Shown here piece after piece: positions 18,131 to 27,788 of a stretch of DNA of 64,000 bases. The number at the start of each line of letters is the position of its first letter. Position 1 is the first letter of the stretch. The DNA is from an uncultured Hyphomicrobiales bacterium (lineage in GTDB: Bacteria; Bacteroidota; Ignavibacteria; Kapaibacteriales; UBA2268): the NCBI GenBank assembly GCA_964465945.1, contig CAYXMM010000011.1, positions 16,702-80,701 of the forward strand. The letters are read 5' to 3'. The position numbers and the translations under genes are program-made. Under the pieces are notes generated by a model that worked only from the letters and a program-made list of their open reading frames with translations, searched no databases and had not been told where the DNA came from.

Positions 18131-18928
18131 TTATTGTTTGGTTGTTTGTTTATTATTTAATTTATAAATATAATAGGAAAGGCAAAGTAAGATAATTGTG
18201 CATATTAGTCCTGATTCAAAACCAAATTCGTTTCCGATTATAATTTTGCTAAGATATGAGTTGTTAATTTTTGTAGAAATGATTGATTCGGAACTCTCTA
18301 AGCCACTTACTGCTACTCCAAAAACATAACTTTGTGTGAAATTCCAAAAGAAGTGGAATGAGATTGTATTGAAGATTGATTGTGTTTTATAGTAAATTAA
18401 GCCAAGTAAAACGCCAGCTAAAAATATATTTAGTAATGCAAGGAAATTAATTGAAAAGTTGTCGATATGTACGAATGCAAATAATATAGATGAAACTAAT
18501 AGCGAAATTATTAGGTTGTATTTTGCATTTATTAAATTGAAGATTACTCCTCTAAAAACTACTTCTTCTATGATTGATTGAAAGAAAATTAAATAGAAAG
18601 TAAAAGAAAGTAAGTTTAAACTAAAAGTTTGAAAATATATTTCACCACCCATAAATATATTTGCAATACTCATAATTATCATCGCTAAGAAAGCTAAGCC
18701 AGCAAAAGAAATAAATAATTTAAAATTAAAATTTAATTTGATTGGTGAGAATTTAAAGGTAAAAAGGAAGGACAAGCCCAATAAATAGAAGAAATAAATT
18801 AAATAAAGACCTAATATACCTAATGGTAGAATTGAAAAGCCCCCAAAGAATAAAAAATATCCGGCTATGACTAAAAGTGCATACGCCGGAATTTGATATA
18901 AGGGGTTTCTTATAATATCAATTTTCAT
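18131..18928 (-). CDS. CPBP-family (CAAX/Abi) intramembrane metalloprotease
   Basis: It is multi-TM. The EEVVFRGVIFN (EExxxR) and FAFVH (FxxxH) motifs are present. Confidence 0.75.
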   Translation of the reverse strand: MKIDIIRNPLYQIPAYALLVIAGYFLFFGGFSILPLGILGLYLIYFFYLLGLSFLFTFKFSPIKLNFNFKLFISFAGLAFLAMIIMSIANIFMGGEIYFQTFSLNLLSFTFYLIFFQSIIEEVVFRGVIFNLINAKYNLIISLLVSSILFAFVHIDNFSINFLALLNIFLAGVLLGLIYYKTQSIFNTISFHFFWNFTQSYVFGVAVSGLESSESIISTKINNSYLSKIIIGNEFGFESGLICTIILLCLSYYIYKLNNKQTTKQ

Positions 18929-19110
18929 TATAAAGAGGCGATATGCTCTTCTATTACTTTTTCCATTGCTTCTTGAACTTCAATATGTTCTGTTCCAACT
19001 AACATTTTGTTTAATTGTGGGCAGTAAGAAGCGTAGTTGCTCCCGCCTTGCTTTCTTATTAAGATTTCATAGTCAAATTTATTTTTGCTTTGCGAAACTT
19101 TTACTTCCAT
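18928..19110 (-). CDS. HicB-like (UPF0150) small protein, coupled to the CPBP protease
   Basis: The segment YEILIRKQGGSNYASYCPQL...GTEHIEVQEAMEKVIEEHI fits the HicB N-domain pattern. There is a TAATG stop/start overlap with the downstream gene. Confidence 0.5.
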   Translation of the reverse strand: MEVKVSQSKNKFDYEILIRKQGGSNYASYCPQLNKMLVGTEHIEVQEAMEKVIEEHIASL

Positions 19111-19184
19111 TTTATAAACCTTTCAAATAAAAATTGTAATTTTGGTGCTATAACGAAAATATTAGAAATTTATTTAAAAACATA

Positions 19185-21140
19185 TTGCCAATTTTATCTA
19201 AAATATATAAAATTCAGAATATTCCAAAGGAAGTTTTACAACGAAAGTTGAAAAAGAAACTATTTAGGGAGAGTCCTGCTTCTTTTGACTCATCATATAT
19301 TTTAGCTGGTGATGTTCATCTTAAGAATGGGTTGTTTCCTATTGATGTCAACTTTTTCAAGCGGTATTCTATTCAATTTGAAGATTTGATTGATAATACA
19401 TTGGAGAATAAAGTAAAGATTTTTAGTAATAATTATGTTAAGATTAGCGATGAAATAAAAAAAGATTATTGCAAAATTAATTGGCAGAAAGATTATTTAT
19501 CTGAATTTGAGTGGGATGTGAATACACCATCAAAGGATATTAAGTTTGGCTATGGAGAAAACGAAAAGGATGTTAATCTTCGCAAGTATATTGGTGCAGA
19601 GATAAAGTTTCCTTGGGAAGTTGGTCGCCAGCAGGATTTAGTTCCTCTTGCAATTTATTACTCAATTTCTGACAATGAAAGAAAACAAGAAATTATTGAT
19701 TTTTATGAAAATAGGATTAATGATTTTAGCACCAATAATCCTATTGGCTTTGGTGTTCAATGGCAGACATCAATGGATATTGCGTTAAGGGCAGTGAATT
19801 ATCTTATTTCCTATGATATTTTGAAGAGTAATGGGGCGAGTTTTACAGTTGGATTTGAAGAGCATTTAGCTCAAGTTATTCAAGATCATTATTTTTATAT
19901 TTATAAGCATTTAGAGTTTAATGATGGATTAAGAGGTAATCATTACTTTGCTAATTTAATGGGTTTGATTATAATTTATATTTATATGGACTATAGTCCT
20001 AATCCGGATTATGATGATTTTGAAGAAATTTTTAGTTTTGCGGTTCAATCTTATTCTGAGGAAGTTCTTTATCAGTTTAATAGCGATGGAGGGAATTTTG
20101 AGGCGTCTATCCCCTATCATTATTTTGCGAGTGAGATGTTATTTTTAACGTTATTTTTTTTAGAGAAGTGTGAGCCGGGAGAGTTTGTTAGGTTGTATCA
20201 AGATGGCATTGAAATTAAGTTTGAAGGTGAGTTAAAGAATAGAATTTTGAATATTTTAGAGTTTAGTAGGAACTTTTTAATTGAGGAAAATATCCCTAAT
20301 ATTGGAGATAATGACTCTGGTTTTGTGCTAAATCTTCTGCCTTTTGAGAATATTCGATATTCATTTTATTTGCTTTTATATAAGTATGAGATTGGTATTA
20401 AGGATTTGAAATTTGCTGTGATAAAGCAGATTTTGAGTGGGTTATTGTTTAAGAATAATTCTTATTACTTTGCAGAAAAGTTTGGAATTGCTCGAACTTC
20501 AAATAAGAATTTTGATTTAGTGGTTTTTGCTGGAAATAAAGGGCAAAAAGGAAAAGGTGGGCATTCGCATAATGATAAATGTTCTTTTGAATTGTATTTC
20601 AACGGGCAGCCGTTGATTGTTGATTTGGGTAGTGCTTTTTATACATCAAATTGGGGCAAAAGGAATTATTATCGTTCTGTGCGTCAGCATAATACGTTAC
20701 ATAATGGTTATGAGCAAGACGTTTATCTCGCTGATGAACGCGATGATTTATTTTGGCTTTATGGAAATAAAACGAAATCTGAAATTGTTTATGCAAATGA
20801 CGAGCATATCACTTGCTCTCATTTTGGATTTGGGAAGCAGTATACGAGAGAAATTTTTGTTAAAGAAAATTCTATTGAGGGAATAGAAAATTTACAAAAT
20901 AATAAACAAAAATTCTTAAATTTTCATTTTCATCCCGAATGTCAAGTTGAAATTGAAAATTCTTTTGTAAAAATAAGTTGTAATGGAAGTAGGTTTCTGC
21001 TAATGTGTGAAAATGTAGAGTTAAAATTGGAAGATGCTGTTTATTCTTCTGGTTATGGAATTGAAAATAAGTGTTTGAGATTAGTGTTGTTAAGTAAAGA
21101 GTTTGAAATTAAATGGAAGTTAGAGTTAATTGAAAGTTAA
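19185..21140 (+). CDS. Heparinase II/III-like family protein
   Basis: The block GGHSHNDKCSFELYFNGQPLIVDLGSAFYTS...YRSVRQHNTLHNGYEQ matches the C-terminal domain of the Hepar_II_III family. Confidence 0.65.
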   Translation: MPILSKIYKIQNIPKEVLQRKLKKKLFRESPASFDSSYILAGDVHLKNGLFPIDVNFFKRYSIQFEDLIDNTLENKVKIFSNNYVKISDEIKKDYCKINWQKDYLSEFEWDVNTPSKDIKFGYGENEKDVNLRKYIGAEIKFPWEVGRQQDLVPLAIYYSISDNERKQEIIDFYENRINDFSTNNPIGFGVQWQTSMDIALRAVNYLISYDILKSNGASFTVGFEEHLAQVIQDHYFYIYKHLEFNDGLRGNHYFANLMGLIIIYIYMDYSPNPDYDDFEEIFSFAVQSYSEEVLYQFNSDGGNFEASIPYHYFASEMLFLTLFFLEKCEPGEFVRLYQDGIEIKFEGELKNRILNILEFSRNFLIEENIPNIGDNDSGFVLNLLPFENIRYSFYLLLYKYEIGIKDLKFAVIKQILSGLLFKNNSYYFAEKFGIARTSNKNFDLVVFAGNKGQKGKGGHSHNDKCSFELYFNGQPLIVDLGSAFYTSNWGKRNYYRSVRQHNTLHNGYEQDVYLADERDDLFWLYGNKTKSEIVYANDEHITCSHFGFGKQYTREIFVKENSIEGIENLQNNKQKFLNFHFHPECQVEIENSFVKISCNGSRFLLMCENVELKLEDAVYSSGYGIENKCLRLVLLSKEFEIKWKLELIES

Positions 21141-22416
21141 AGATCATATTGGCAAAATATCATGGTCCTTTCTTGATAAATTTGTGATGATTCTTTTTGG
21201 ATTATTCACTTTGTATCAATTGAAGTTTTTATCTCCGAGTGAGTATGCTTTTTATGCGGCTTTGTTGAATATCAATAATTGGATATTAATGGCAACAGAC
21301 GGATTTGCCTTACAGGGACTTGTTCAATTCGGACATAAGAATAAAGAATCTGCTAATAAGATTGGCTTGATTACAGCTTTCACTTTTAGTATTGGGCTGT
21401 CTCTAATAATTTTCTTTGCACGTGGTATTTTTGCATTTATCGCAGATGATAGTAATTATTCCGCAGCTTTAATTGTGTTACCTTTAACGGTTGTGCTGAC
21501 TATTCCTAAAAATTATATTACAAAAATCTTTTATCGCGAACTTAAGTTTAATTTAGTTTTTTATTTGAATTTAATATTTTTTGGAACTCAAGTAGTTGCG
21601 ACATTTTATTTTTTAAATCTACACAATTATTTGAATTTTGATTTGATGTTGTTAATATATTTTTTTGGTGCTATGATTAGTGGATTAGTTGCATTAATTA
21701 TGTCGTTGAAATACTTGAAGTTTAGGAGTAAAGAGAAAATTTCTATAAAGGAATATTTGTTTTTTGGGGTAACAGTATCGCAACAATCGATTTTACATAG
21801 CATTCCTAAGGTATATGATTTATTTATTGTTTCTCATTTTTTTGGACCAGCAGGAGCCGGTGTATATCAATCAGCAAAAACGTTATATAGAGCATTTGAT
21901 GAGGCAGCATCAGCAGCTCATGGGTTAATATACCCAGCAGCAGTTAAGCTTATTGCATACAAAGATAATGTTGGGCTTAAATCAATGCTTACCAAAGCAA
22001 TATCTATGATGTTATTTGTTTTTATATTCTTGATAATAGTTTTGAATCTTGGGTTAACAGATTTTATTATTAATGGGTTTGGCCTAACTAAATACATTTC
22101 TGCAATTAATATTTTCAATATTTTAATTTTATCTGCGTTATTTGTTCCTTTGGTGTTAATCACACCTATTATGAATGCAATGAATCAGCATAAACTTGTG
22201 TTAAAATATGTATTTTTTTCAGTTATAGCGTCGATGATTAGTTTTGTTGTCATTGGAAAATATTTAAGTTTAGAATTTATGGGTTTAGGATTGTTTGTTT
22301 ATAATGTTGTTTTAGGGGTTTGGAGTTATATATATATTAGGAATAGTTTGGGGATAAGGTTTAAAGATTTGTTTCGCTCATACTCTGATATATTAAATTT
22401 TATAAATAAAAAATAA
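21130..22416 (+). CDS. Polysaccharide biosynthesis/export flippase (Wzx/MOP-type)
   Basis: It is a 428-aa protein with about 12 TM segments and follows the heparinase-like gene. Confidence 0.6.
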   Translation: MKVKDHIGKISWSFLDKFVMILFGLFTLYQLKFLSPSEYAFYAALLNINNWILMATDGFALQGLVQFGHKNKESANKIGLITAFTFSIGLSLIIFFARGIFAFIADDSNYSAALIVLPLTVVLTIPKNYITKIFYRELKFNLVFYLNLIFFGTQVVATFYFLNLHNYLNFDLMLLIYFFGAMISGLVALIMSLKYLKFRSKEKISIKEYLFFGVTVSQQSILHSIPKVYDLFIVSHFFGPAGAGVYQSAKTLYRAFDEAASAAHGLIYPAAVKLIAYKDNVGLKSMLTKAISMMLFVFIFLIIVLNLGLTDFIINGFGLTKYISAINIFNILILSALFVPLVLITPIMNAMNQHKLVLKYVFFSVIASMISFVVIGKYLSLEFMGLGLFVYNVVLGVWSYIYIRNSLGIRFKDLFRSYSDILNFINKK

Positions 22417-22418
22417 TT

Positions 22419-23507
22419 ATGATGAATATTATTGATAGATATATAATTAAGACTTTTATATCGACATTGTTTTTTTCAATGATTGCTTTGTACATAATAT
22501 TCATTGTTGTTACTTTGATGGAAAATCTTGATGAGTTTATAGATAATGCTGTGAAGTTTGATATTATTTTAGAATATTATTTGAGTTATTTTCCAGAAAT
22601 AGTGAAGTTATTAACTCCGGTTTCCCTTCTTCTTGCTTCGTTGTTTTCTGTTGGCAAGCTTTCGCAGAATAATGAGATTACAGCAATGAAAAGTGGTGGG
22701 TTGTCATTGTATAGATTAATGCTACCATTATTTGTGTTTTCGGTTGTTTTAAGTTTTGGGCAATTTTATTTTAATGGAAATATTGTACCTAAGGCGATAG
22801 AAAGAAAAAATGAAATTGAAAGAGAGTATTTGAAGAAGAATAGATCTACAAGTTCTATTTATGATTTATATTTTCGAGATTCGCCTAAGTTAAACCTAAC
22901 TATGCAATATTATTCATCAACAGGGAAATTTGGAAGAAGGGTGATGATAAATGAATTTGAGAAAGATAATTCGGAGAAACTTACTAAAACAATTGAAGCA
23001 AATAGTATAATATGGAATGATTCTTTGAGTAATTGGGTGCTTAAAAATGGTCTCACTCGATTGATTAAAAATGGCAAGGTAATTGACATAATACCATTTG
23101 ATTCTACGACAATAAAACTAAATATTAATCACGAAAGATTAGTGCGATTAAAAAAAGATTATGATGAGATGACTTTTGATGAATTGAAAGAGTATATTGA
23201 AATGATGAAGGTAGGTGGAAAAGATGTTTCTTATCAGCTTATTAATTATCATTCAGAGATGGCTTTTCCTTTTGCTAATGTTATTGTTATTCTTTTTGGT
23301 ATTCCTTTTGCGAGTATTAAGCGAAAGGGTGGAATGGCGGTTCAAATTGCGGCTGCTTTAACAATATCATTTGCTTATTTAATTTTTACTCAGGTTGGAA
23401 AGCAACTTGGTCTGGCTCTTGCACTTGACCCAGTGCTTACGGGTTGGCTGGCAAATGGTATATTTTTTATTTTAAGTATAATTGTTATATTCAAAACAAG
23501 GACATAA
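22419..23507 (+). CDS. LptF/LptG-family LPS export permease
   Basis: The N terminus MMNIIDRYIIKTFISTLFF matches the YjgP/YjgQ family. The topology is TM segments, then a periplasmic domain, then TM segments. Confidence 0.7.
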   Translation: MMNIIDRYIIKTFISTLFFSMIALYIIFIVVTLMENLDEFIDNAVKFDIILEYYLSYFPEIVKLLTPVSLLLASLFSVGKLSQNNEITAMKSGGLSLYRLMLPLFVFSVVLSFGQFYFNGNIVPKAIERKNEIEREYLKKNRSTSSIYDLYFRDSPKLNLTMQYYSSTGKFGRRVMINEFEKDNSEKLTKTIEANSIIWNDSLSNWVLKNGLTRLIKNGKVIDIIPFDSTTIKLNINHERLVRLKKDYDEMTFDELKEYIEMMKVGGKDVSYQLINYHSEMAFPFANVIVILFGIPFASIKRKGGMAVQIAAALTISFAYLIFTQVGKQLGLALALDPVLTGWLANGIFFILSIIVIFKTRT

Positions 23508-23509
23508 GA

Positions 23510-24289
23510 ATGCAGACTATTGAAACTATAGCAAGTATTGAAGGGCGGCGTCTCCTCCACTCTATTTTTAGGGAGTTAAGATTTGAAAGGCAATTAAATT
23601 CATTTAAAATTCTATTAACTACATGGAAGATTTGTACGAGTGAGTTAAAAATAGGTAACTATTCAAATCGTGATATAACTATACTTCATAAGATTGGATT
23701 TTGGAAAGGGACATTGCTTTGGATGGAAGAAATTGTTAATAGGTTTTTCTTTTCGTCGGTTTTATCGCTTGTTTATTTTGGGGCGGCTTTTCTGATACTT
23801 GTGATTGGTTTAAATCGATTTACTGATTTTGTTCCGCTTTTTTTACTAATTACTGCTGTTATCTTTGAAAGTACTATGCTTATAGTGATGTTTTTAACAA
23901 TGCTTTTTTCTCCGAAAGATGATTCGTATTATGAAGAAGACCACAATTCAAATGAGATAAAAGATGAGTTGTTGCTTGAAATTGGTGAAATTGGGCGAGA
24001 TTTAGCATCTGCTGTGGTTCAATTAGAAAATGTGAATGATGCTTTTAAGAGTATTGTGGCAATTCAGAGTGATTTGGTTGAATCTCTTAAAGAGGCAAAT
24101 AGAATTAATATGGAACTGGCTCAACCAAATCCGGATTTAATTGAGCATTTGAAGAAAACAAATACTGAGTTAGAGCAGTTTAAAAATTCTTTTGCTGATA
24201 TTAATAATGTTATTGAGCAAATAAAAGATGAGAAAATTGAGGAAAAAGTGAAAGAACAAATTTCAAAAATCATAAAAAATAGTATTTGA
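23510..24289 (+). CDS. Hypothetical membrane protein with a C-terminal coiled coil
   Basis: The ORF track starts it at 23444, overlapping lptF/G. The ATG at 23510 is the more plausible start. It has 2-3 TM segments followed by an acidic coiled coil. Confidence 0.45.
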   Translation: MQTIETIASIEGRRLLHSIFRELRFERQLNSFKILLTTWKICTSELKIGNYSNRDITILHKIGFWKGTLLWMEEIVNRFFFSSVLSLVYFGAAFLILVIGLNRFTDFVPLFLLITAVIFESTMLIVMFLTMLFSPKDDSYYEEDHNSNEIKDELLLEIGEIGRDLASAVVQLENVNDAFKSIVAIQSDLVESLKEANRINMELAQPNPDLIEHLKKTNTELEQFKNSFADINNVIEQIKDEKIEEKVKEQISKIIKNSI

Positions 24290-24342
24290 TTTTATGTATA
24301 ATGTGTTTATATTTGTAAATATTTATTTGAAGGGTTAACGAA

Positions 24343-24654
24343 ATGTTAAGACAAGGTGATGTTGTTGATCATAGTAGTGAATTAGTTAAGGAATTAGCTA
24401 TGAAGTTAATTAATTCTGATTTTCGTGAAAAGACAACACATCAATTAGCAAAGTATATAAACAGACTAAAATTTAGTGTAGAATCTACGCAATATCATCA
24501 TTATAATTGTGTTAGATTAGTAAAACTAATTAATCAAGAAATTAGTGAGTATTATTTTGAGAAATATGGCGACCCTGAAAGAGCAATGAATCATGAGTGT
24601 CTAATATATATTAAGTTATTAAATACATTAGTTAATAAATATCATAATGTGTAA
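24343..24654 (+). CDS. Hypothetical protein, coupled to the downstream nuclease gene
   Basis: It is 103 aa and overlaps the next gene by 1 nt. Confidence 0.4.
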   Translation: MLRQGDVVDHSSELVKELAMKLINSDFREKTTHQLAKYINRLKFSVESTQYHHYNCVRLVKLINQEISEYYFEKYGDPERAMNHECLIYIKLLNTLVNKYHNV

Positions 24655-27600
24655 TGAAGTATTTAATACATAGTAAGTTAGTTGAAGAATTAAGCCAATA
24701 TTATAATGAAAAGAATATTGAAGAAATTCTGATAAGCCAAGAAAAACAACATTCAAAAAACAAGACTATAATTGTTTATCCTACTACAAGACTTAAAACA
24801 TATCAAGAAAAAGAATTTATAAATAAACTTTGGGAAAATTCTAAAACTCCTTATTCACGTGATATATTCTTTAATTTTAGTGGTTTTTTATCTCATATTA
24901 AGCATTTAACTAATTTTAAAGAAGATAAAAGTTTAATAAAAGAAGATGAATTTTATGCGATAATGAAGCTTGTTTATGATGAAGTTGAGTTATCATATTT
25001 TGCGAAGGAAAATGAAAAGCCACGAAGGAAAATAAATAATTTGCTTTCAAGTGTTATATTTGGTTTCTTAAAAAAGGGTGTTAGTTTAACAGATTTAGAG
25101 TCAAAATTAAATGATAACTCAACAAATAGTGATAGACTTCAAGATATTATATTGATTTATAAAACATTTTTAGAAAAGACAAGTAACTATACTAATGAAA
25201 CTAAGCAAATTTATGATTTTAATGAATTTATTATTAACAACAATGTTGATTTTTCACAATTAACTAACGACATTTTTTACTTTGAGCATTTTAAGGAGTT
25301 TAATAGAAATGAAATTGAGTTGCTAAACACTTTGTTTAAACACAATTTAAAATTAATTATTAATTTTAAATATTTGAGTAAAAATAATCCGAGTGGTAAT
25401 ATTTTTGGAATTGGATATATTTTGTCTGATTGTTGTACTATAACTGAATTGAATAATGAGAGTGAAGTTTATAATAATATATCAACGCAATTGTTTTCTA
25501 ATAATTATGATGATAATAATGTTAAAAGTGATACTCATAGTAAAATAAATATTGTAGAGTTAGAGAATGATAAAAGAGAAATTAAGTATATTACTACTCT
25601 TGTTAAAAAATTAATAGTTGAAGATAATATTCTCCCAAAAGATATATTAATTTTAGCGCGAAATCCAAAAGGATATTCAAAATTACTAAAAAATGAATTT
25701 GATAAGAATAGTATACCTTTAAATGTCAGTGATAGACCAGCATTAAAAGAGTCTTCGATTATTGATTTAATTATTAATTATTTAAAATTAATTGATGCTA
25801 ATTTTAAATTATTAAATTTAGAAAAGGTAATTAAATCACCTTTTTTAGTTTATGATAGAGATAAGATTAATATTAATAAATTTATTAGTATTACTAAAAA
25901 ATATAGAAGTTTTTATGGTAATTATAATGAAAGACAAGATTATTTTAATAAAATATTAAATAATAATAATAATAATGAAGAAATTAGAGGTTATATTTCT
26001 CAATTAGAGTATATATTTGATTTTTTACATATAATAAATATAAAGAGTTCGTTTAGTAAGGCTGATTTTCTTGGTTTGGTTACAAGTTTTGTTAATTTAT
26101 TAAAATTAGATAATTTGAATAATATTATTAGTAGTGAAGGTGCAAGTTTTAATGATTTTTTAGTAACTCGTGAGAAAGAGAGGATATATAGTGCTATTGA
26201 CGCTTTGCTTGTTTCTATTGAGAGTGTTTATGATGTTAATTATAAAATTAATAATAAATTGGAATTGAGACTTAGTGAAATAATTGAAGAGCTTGATTTT
26301 ATTAAAGAGAAAAATAGATTTCAAATTAGAGAGTTATTTGATACTTCAGTTACGTTCACTTCAGTGGAACAGGCACGTGGTGTTGATAGGAAAGTAACAA
26401 TAATATGCGGGTTATTAGAAGGGGAATTTCCACTTCATTATAAAACAGATGAGGTTTTAGGAATTGATTTAACAAGTTCTGAGAATAAGCATATTGCGTT
26501 AGAGGAAGAATTATTTTTTGAAGCGATTTTTGTGAATGAAGCTTTGCCGGAACATCTTTATTTGACTTATTATAATAAAAAGGGAGTAAAAGATGTCATT
26601 CCTTCTCATTTTATGAATGAATTAAAGCGAGTTTTAAATAATAATTCTATTAATTTAATAAATATAGAAGAATCAGGTAATTTTATTAATAAATATAGTT
26701 TAATTAAGATTATTAATAAATTAAATAATATTGATTCTTTATTAGATAATTCTATAATTAATGGTTATTTAAGTGAATTAACTCAAACAAATAAATATAG
26801 AATAATAGGATATAAGCGTAATACTTTTTCGGCTTCACGTTTGGATAATTTTTATCATTTTCCATATTATTTTCTTTATAATAGTATTTTTAATATGAAG
26901 GAATTGGATAGTTATGAAGAAGAGCCAATGATAAAAGAAGTGGGGACTATTAATCACGAGATTTTATTTGAATTGTATACATTATTAAGTAATAATTCAA
27001 ATCTTAATAATTTGTCTCCATTTTATTTGCAATCTGTAAATGATAATTATAATAATATTTATCCTATAAGTTTTTTTAATTTTGATGTGGAATTTATTAA
27101 AAGTCAATTAGACAAAATTATTAATAATGTGTTTAATAAATTTCCACAAAATGAGTTTTTTAGTTTACAGAAGTACATTTCAAAGAAAATAATTTTAAAG
27201 ATATTAAATAACGAAATTAATTTAAAAAAATCAACTGATGGATTTGCTTTTCCAAGTGCTTTTGAGTTCAAATTTGGCTATAATAATGATAATTTTACAA
27301 TTCAGAATACTCACAGTCAAACGATTAATTTTAAAGGTAATATTGATAGGGTTGATTTAGATTTTGATGGTAGTAATTTATTATTAAGCGTTGTAGATTA
27401 CAAGTCAAGTGATAAAGATATTAAATATAGCTCTAGTTTTATTAAAGATGAATATAGCTTTCAGATGTTTTTATATCTTAAAGCAATGAAATCTGTTTTG
27501 ATTAATAATTTTAAATTGATAAAAGATGGGGTTGAATATATATTAAATGAAGATAATGTTATTTATAATTATGCTGCGTATTATAATATAAATAAAATAA

Positions 27601-27788
27601 GTTTAAACTATTATTTAAATAGAAGTAAACTTAAAGAGAAAGATGACCCTAATACTATAATTAGTTCAAAATTTGATGAAATGGAAAGTGAAATATTTAA
27701 TGTCTTTACCAAATTCGATAGTTTGGATTTAGCGCATTTGAATAAGGTTAATAAATACTCACCACAAACAAGTTTATTAATTAGATGA
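24654..27788 (+). CDS. PD-(D/E)XK nuclease family protein, AddB/RexB-like, with a degenerate helicase-like N-terminal region
   Basis: The C-terminal RecB-type nuclease motifs GNIDRVDLDFDGSNLLLSVVDYKSS are present. There is no Walker A motif and no adjacent AddA/UvrD partner. Confidence 0.65.
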   Translation: MKYLIHSKLVEELSQYYNEKNIEEILISQEKQHSKNKTIIVYPTTRLKTYQEKEFINKLWENSKTPYSRDIFFNFSGFLSHIKHLTNFKEDKSLIKEDEFYAIMKLVYDEVELSYFAKENEKPRRKINNLLSSVIFGFLKKGVSLTDLESKLNDNSTNSDRLQDIILIYKTFLEKTSNYTNETKQIYDFNEFIINNNVDFSQLTNDIFYFEHFKEFNRNEIELLNTLFKHNLKLIINFKYLSKNNPSGNIFGIGYILSDCCTITELNNESEVYNNISTQLFSNNYDDNNVKSDTHSKINIVELENDKREIKYITTLVKKLIVEDNILPKDILILARNPKGYSKLLKNEFDKNSIPLNVSDRPALKESSIIDLIINYLKLIDANFKLLNLEKVIKSPFLVYDRDKININKFISITKKYRSFYGNYNERQDYFNKILNNNNNNEEIRGYISQLEYIFDFLHIINIKSSFSKADFLGLVTSFVNLLKLDNLNNIISSEGASFNDFLVTREKERIYSAIDALLVSIESVYDVNYKINNKLELRLSEIIEELDFIKEKNRFQIRELFDTSVTFTSVEQARGVDRKVTIICGLLEGEFPLHYKTDEVLGIDLTSSENKHIALEEELFFEAIFVNEALPEHLYLTYYNKKGVKDVIPSHFMNELKRVLNNNSINLINIEESGNFINKYSLIKIINKLNNIDSLLDNSIINGYLSELTQTNKYRIIGYKRNTFSASRLDNFYHFPYYFLYNSIFNMKELDSYEEEPMIKEVGTINHEILFELYTLLSNNSNLNNLSPFYLQSVNDNYNNIYPISFFNFDVEFIKSQLDKIINNVFNKFPQNEFFSLQKYISKKIILKILNNEINLKKSTDGFAFPSAFEFKFGYNNDNFTIQNTHSQTINFKGNIDRVDLDFDGSNLLLSVVDYKSSDKDIKYSSSFIKDEYSFQMFLYLKAMKSVLINNFKLIKDGVEYILNEDNVIYNYAAYYNINKISLNYYLNRSKLKEKDDPNTIISSKFDEMESEIFNVFTKFDSLDLAHLNKVNKYSPQTSLLIR

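Noticed and set aside
23444-23509. Upstream extension of the 23510-24289 membrane-protein ORF, overlapping the lptF/G C terminus by 64 nt
   Set aside because: The extension is read in another frame over a conserved gene end. The ATG at 23510 gives a non-overlapping, more plausible start.
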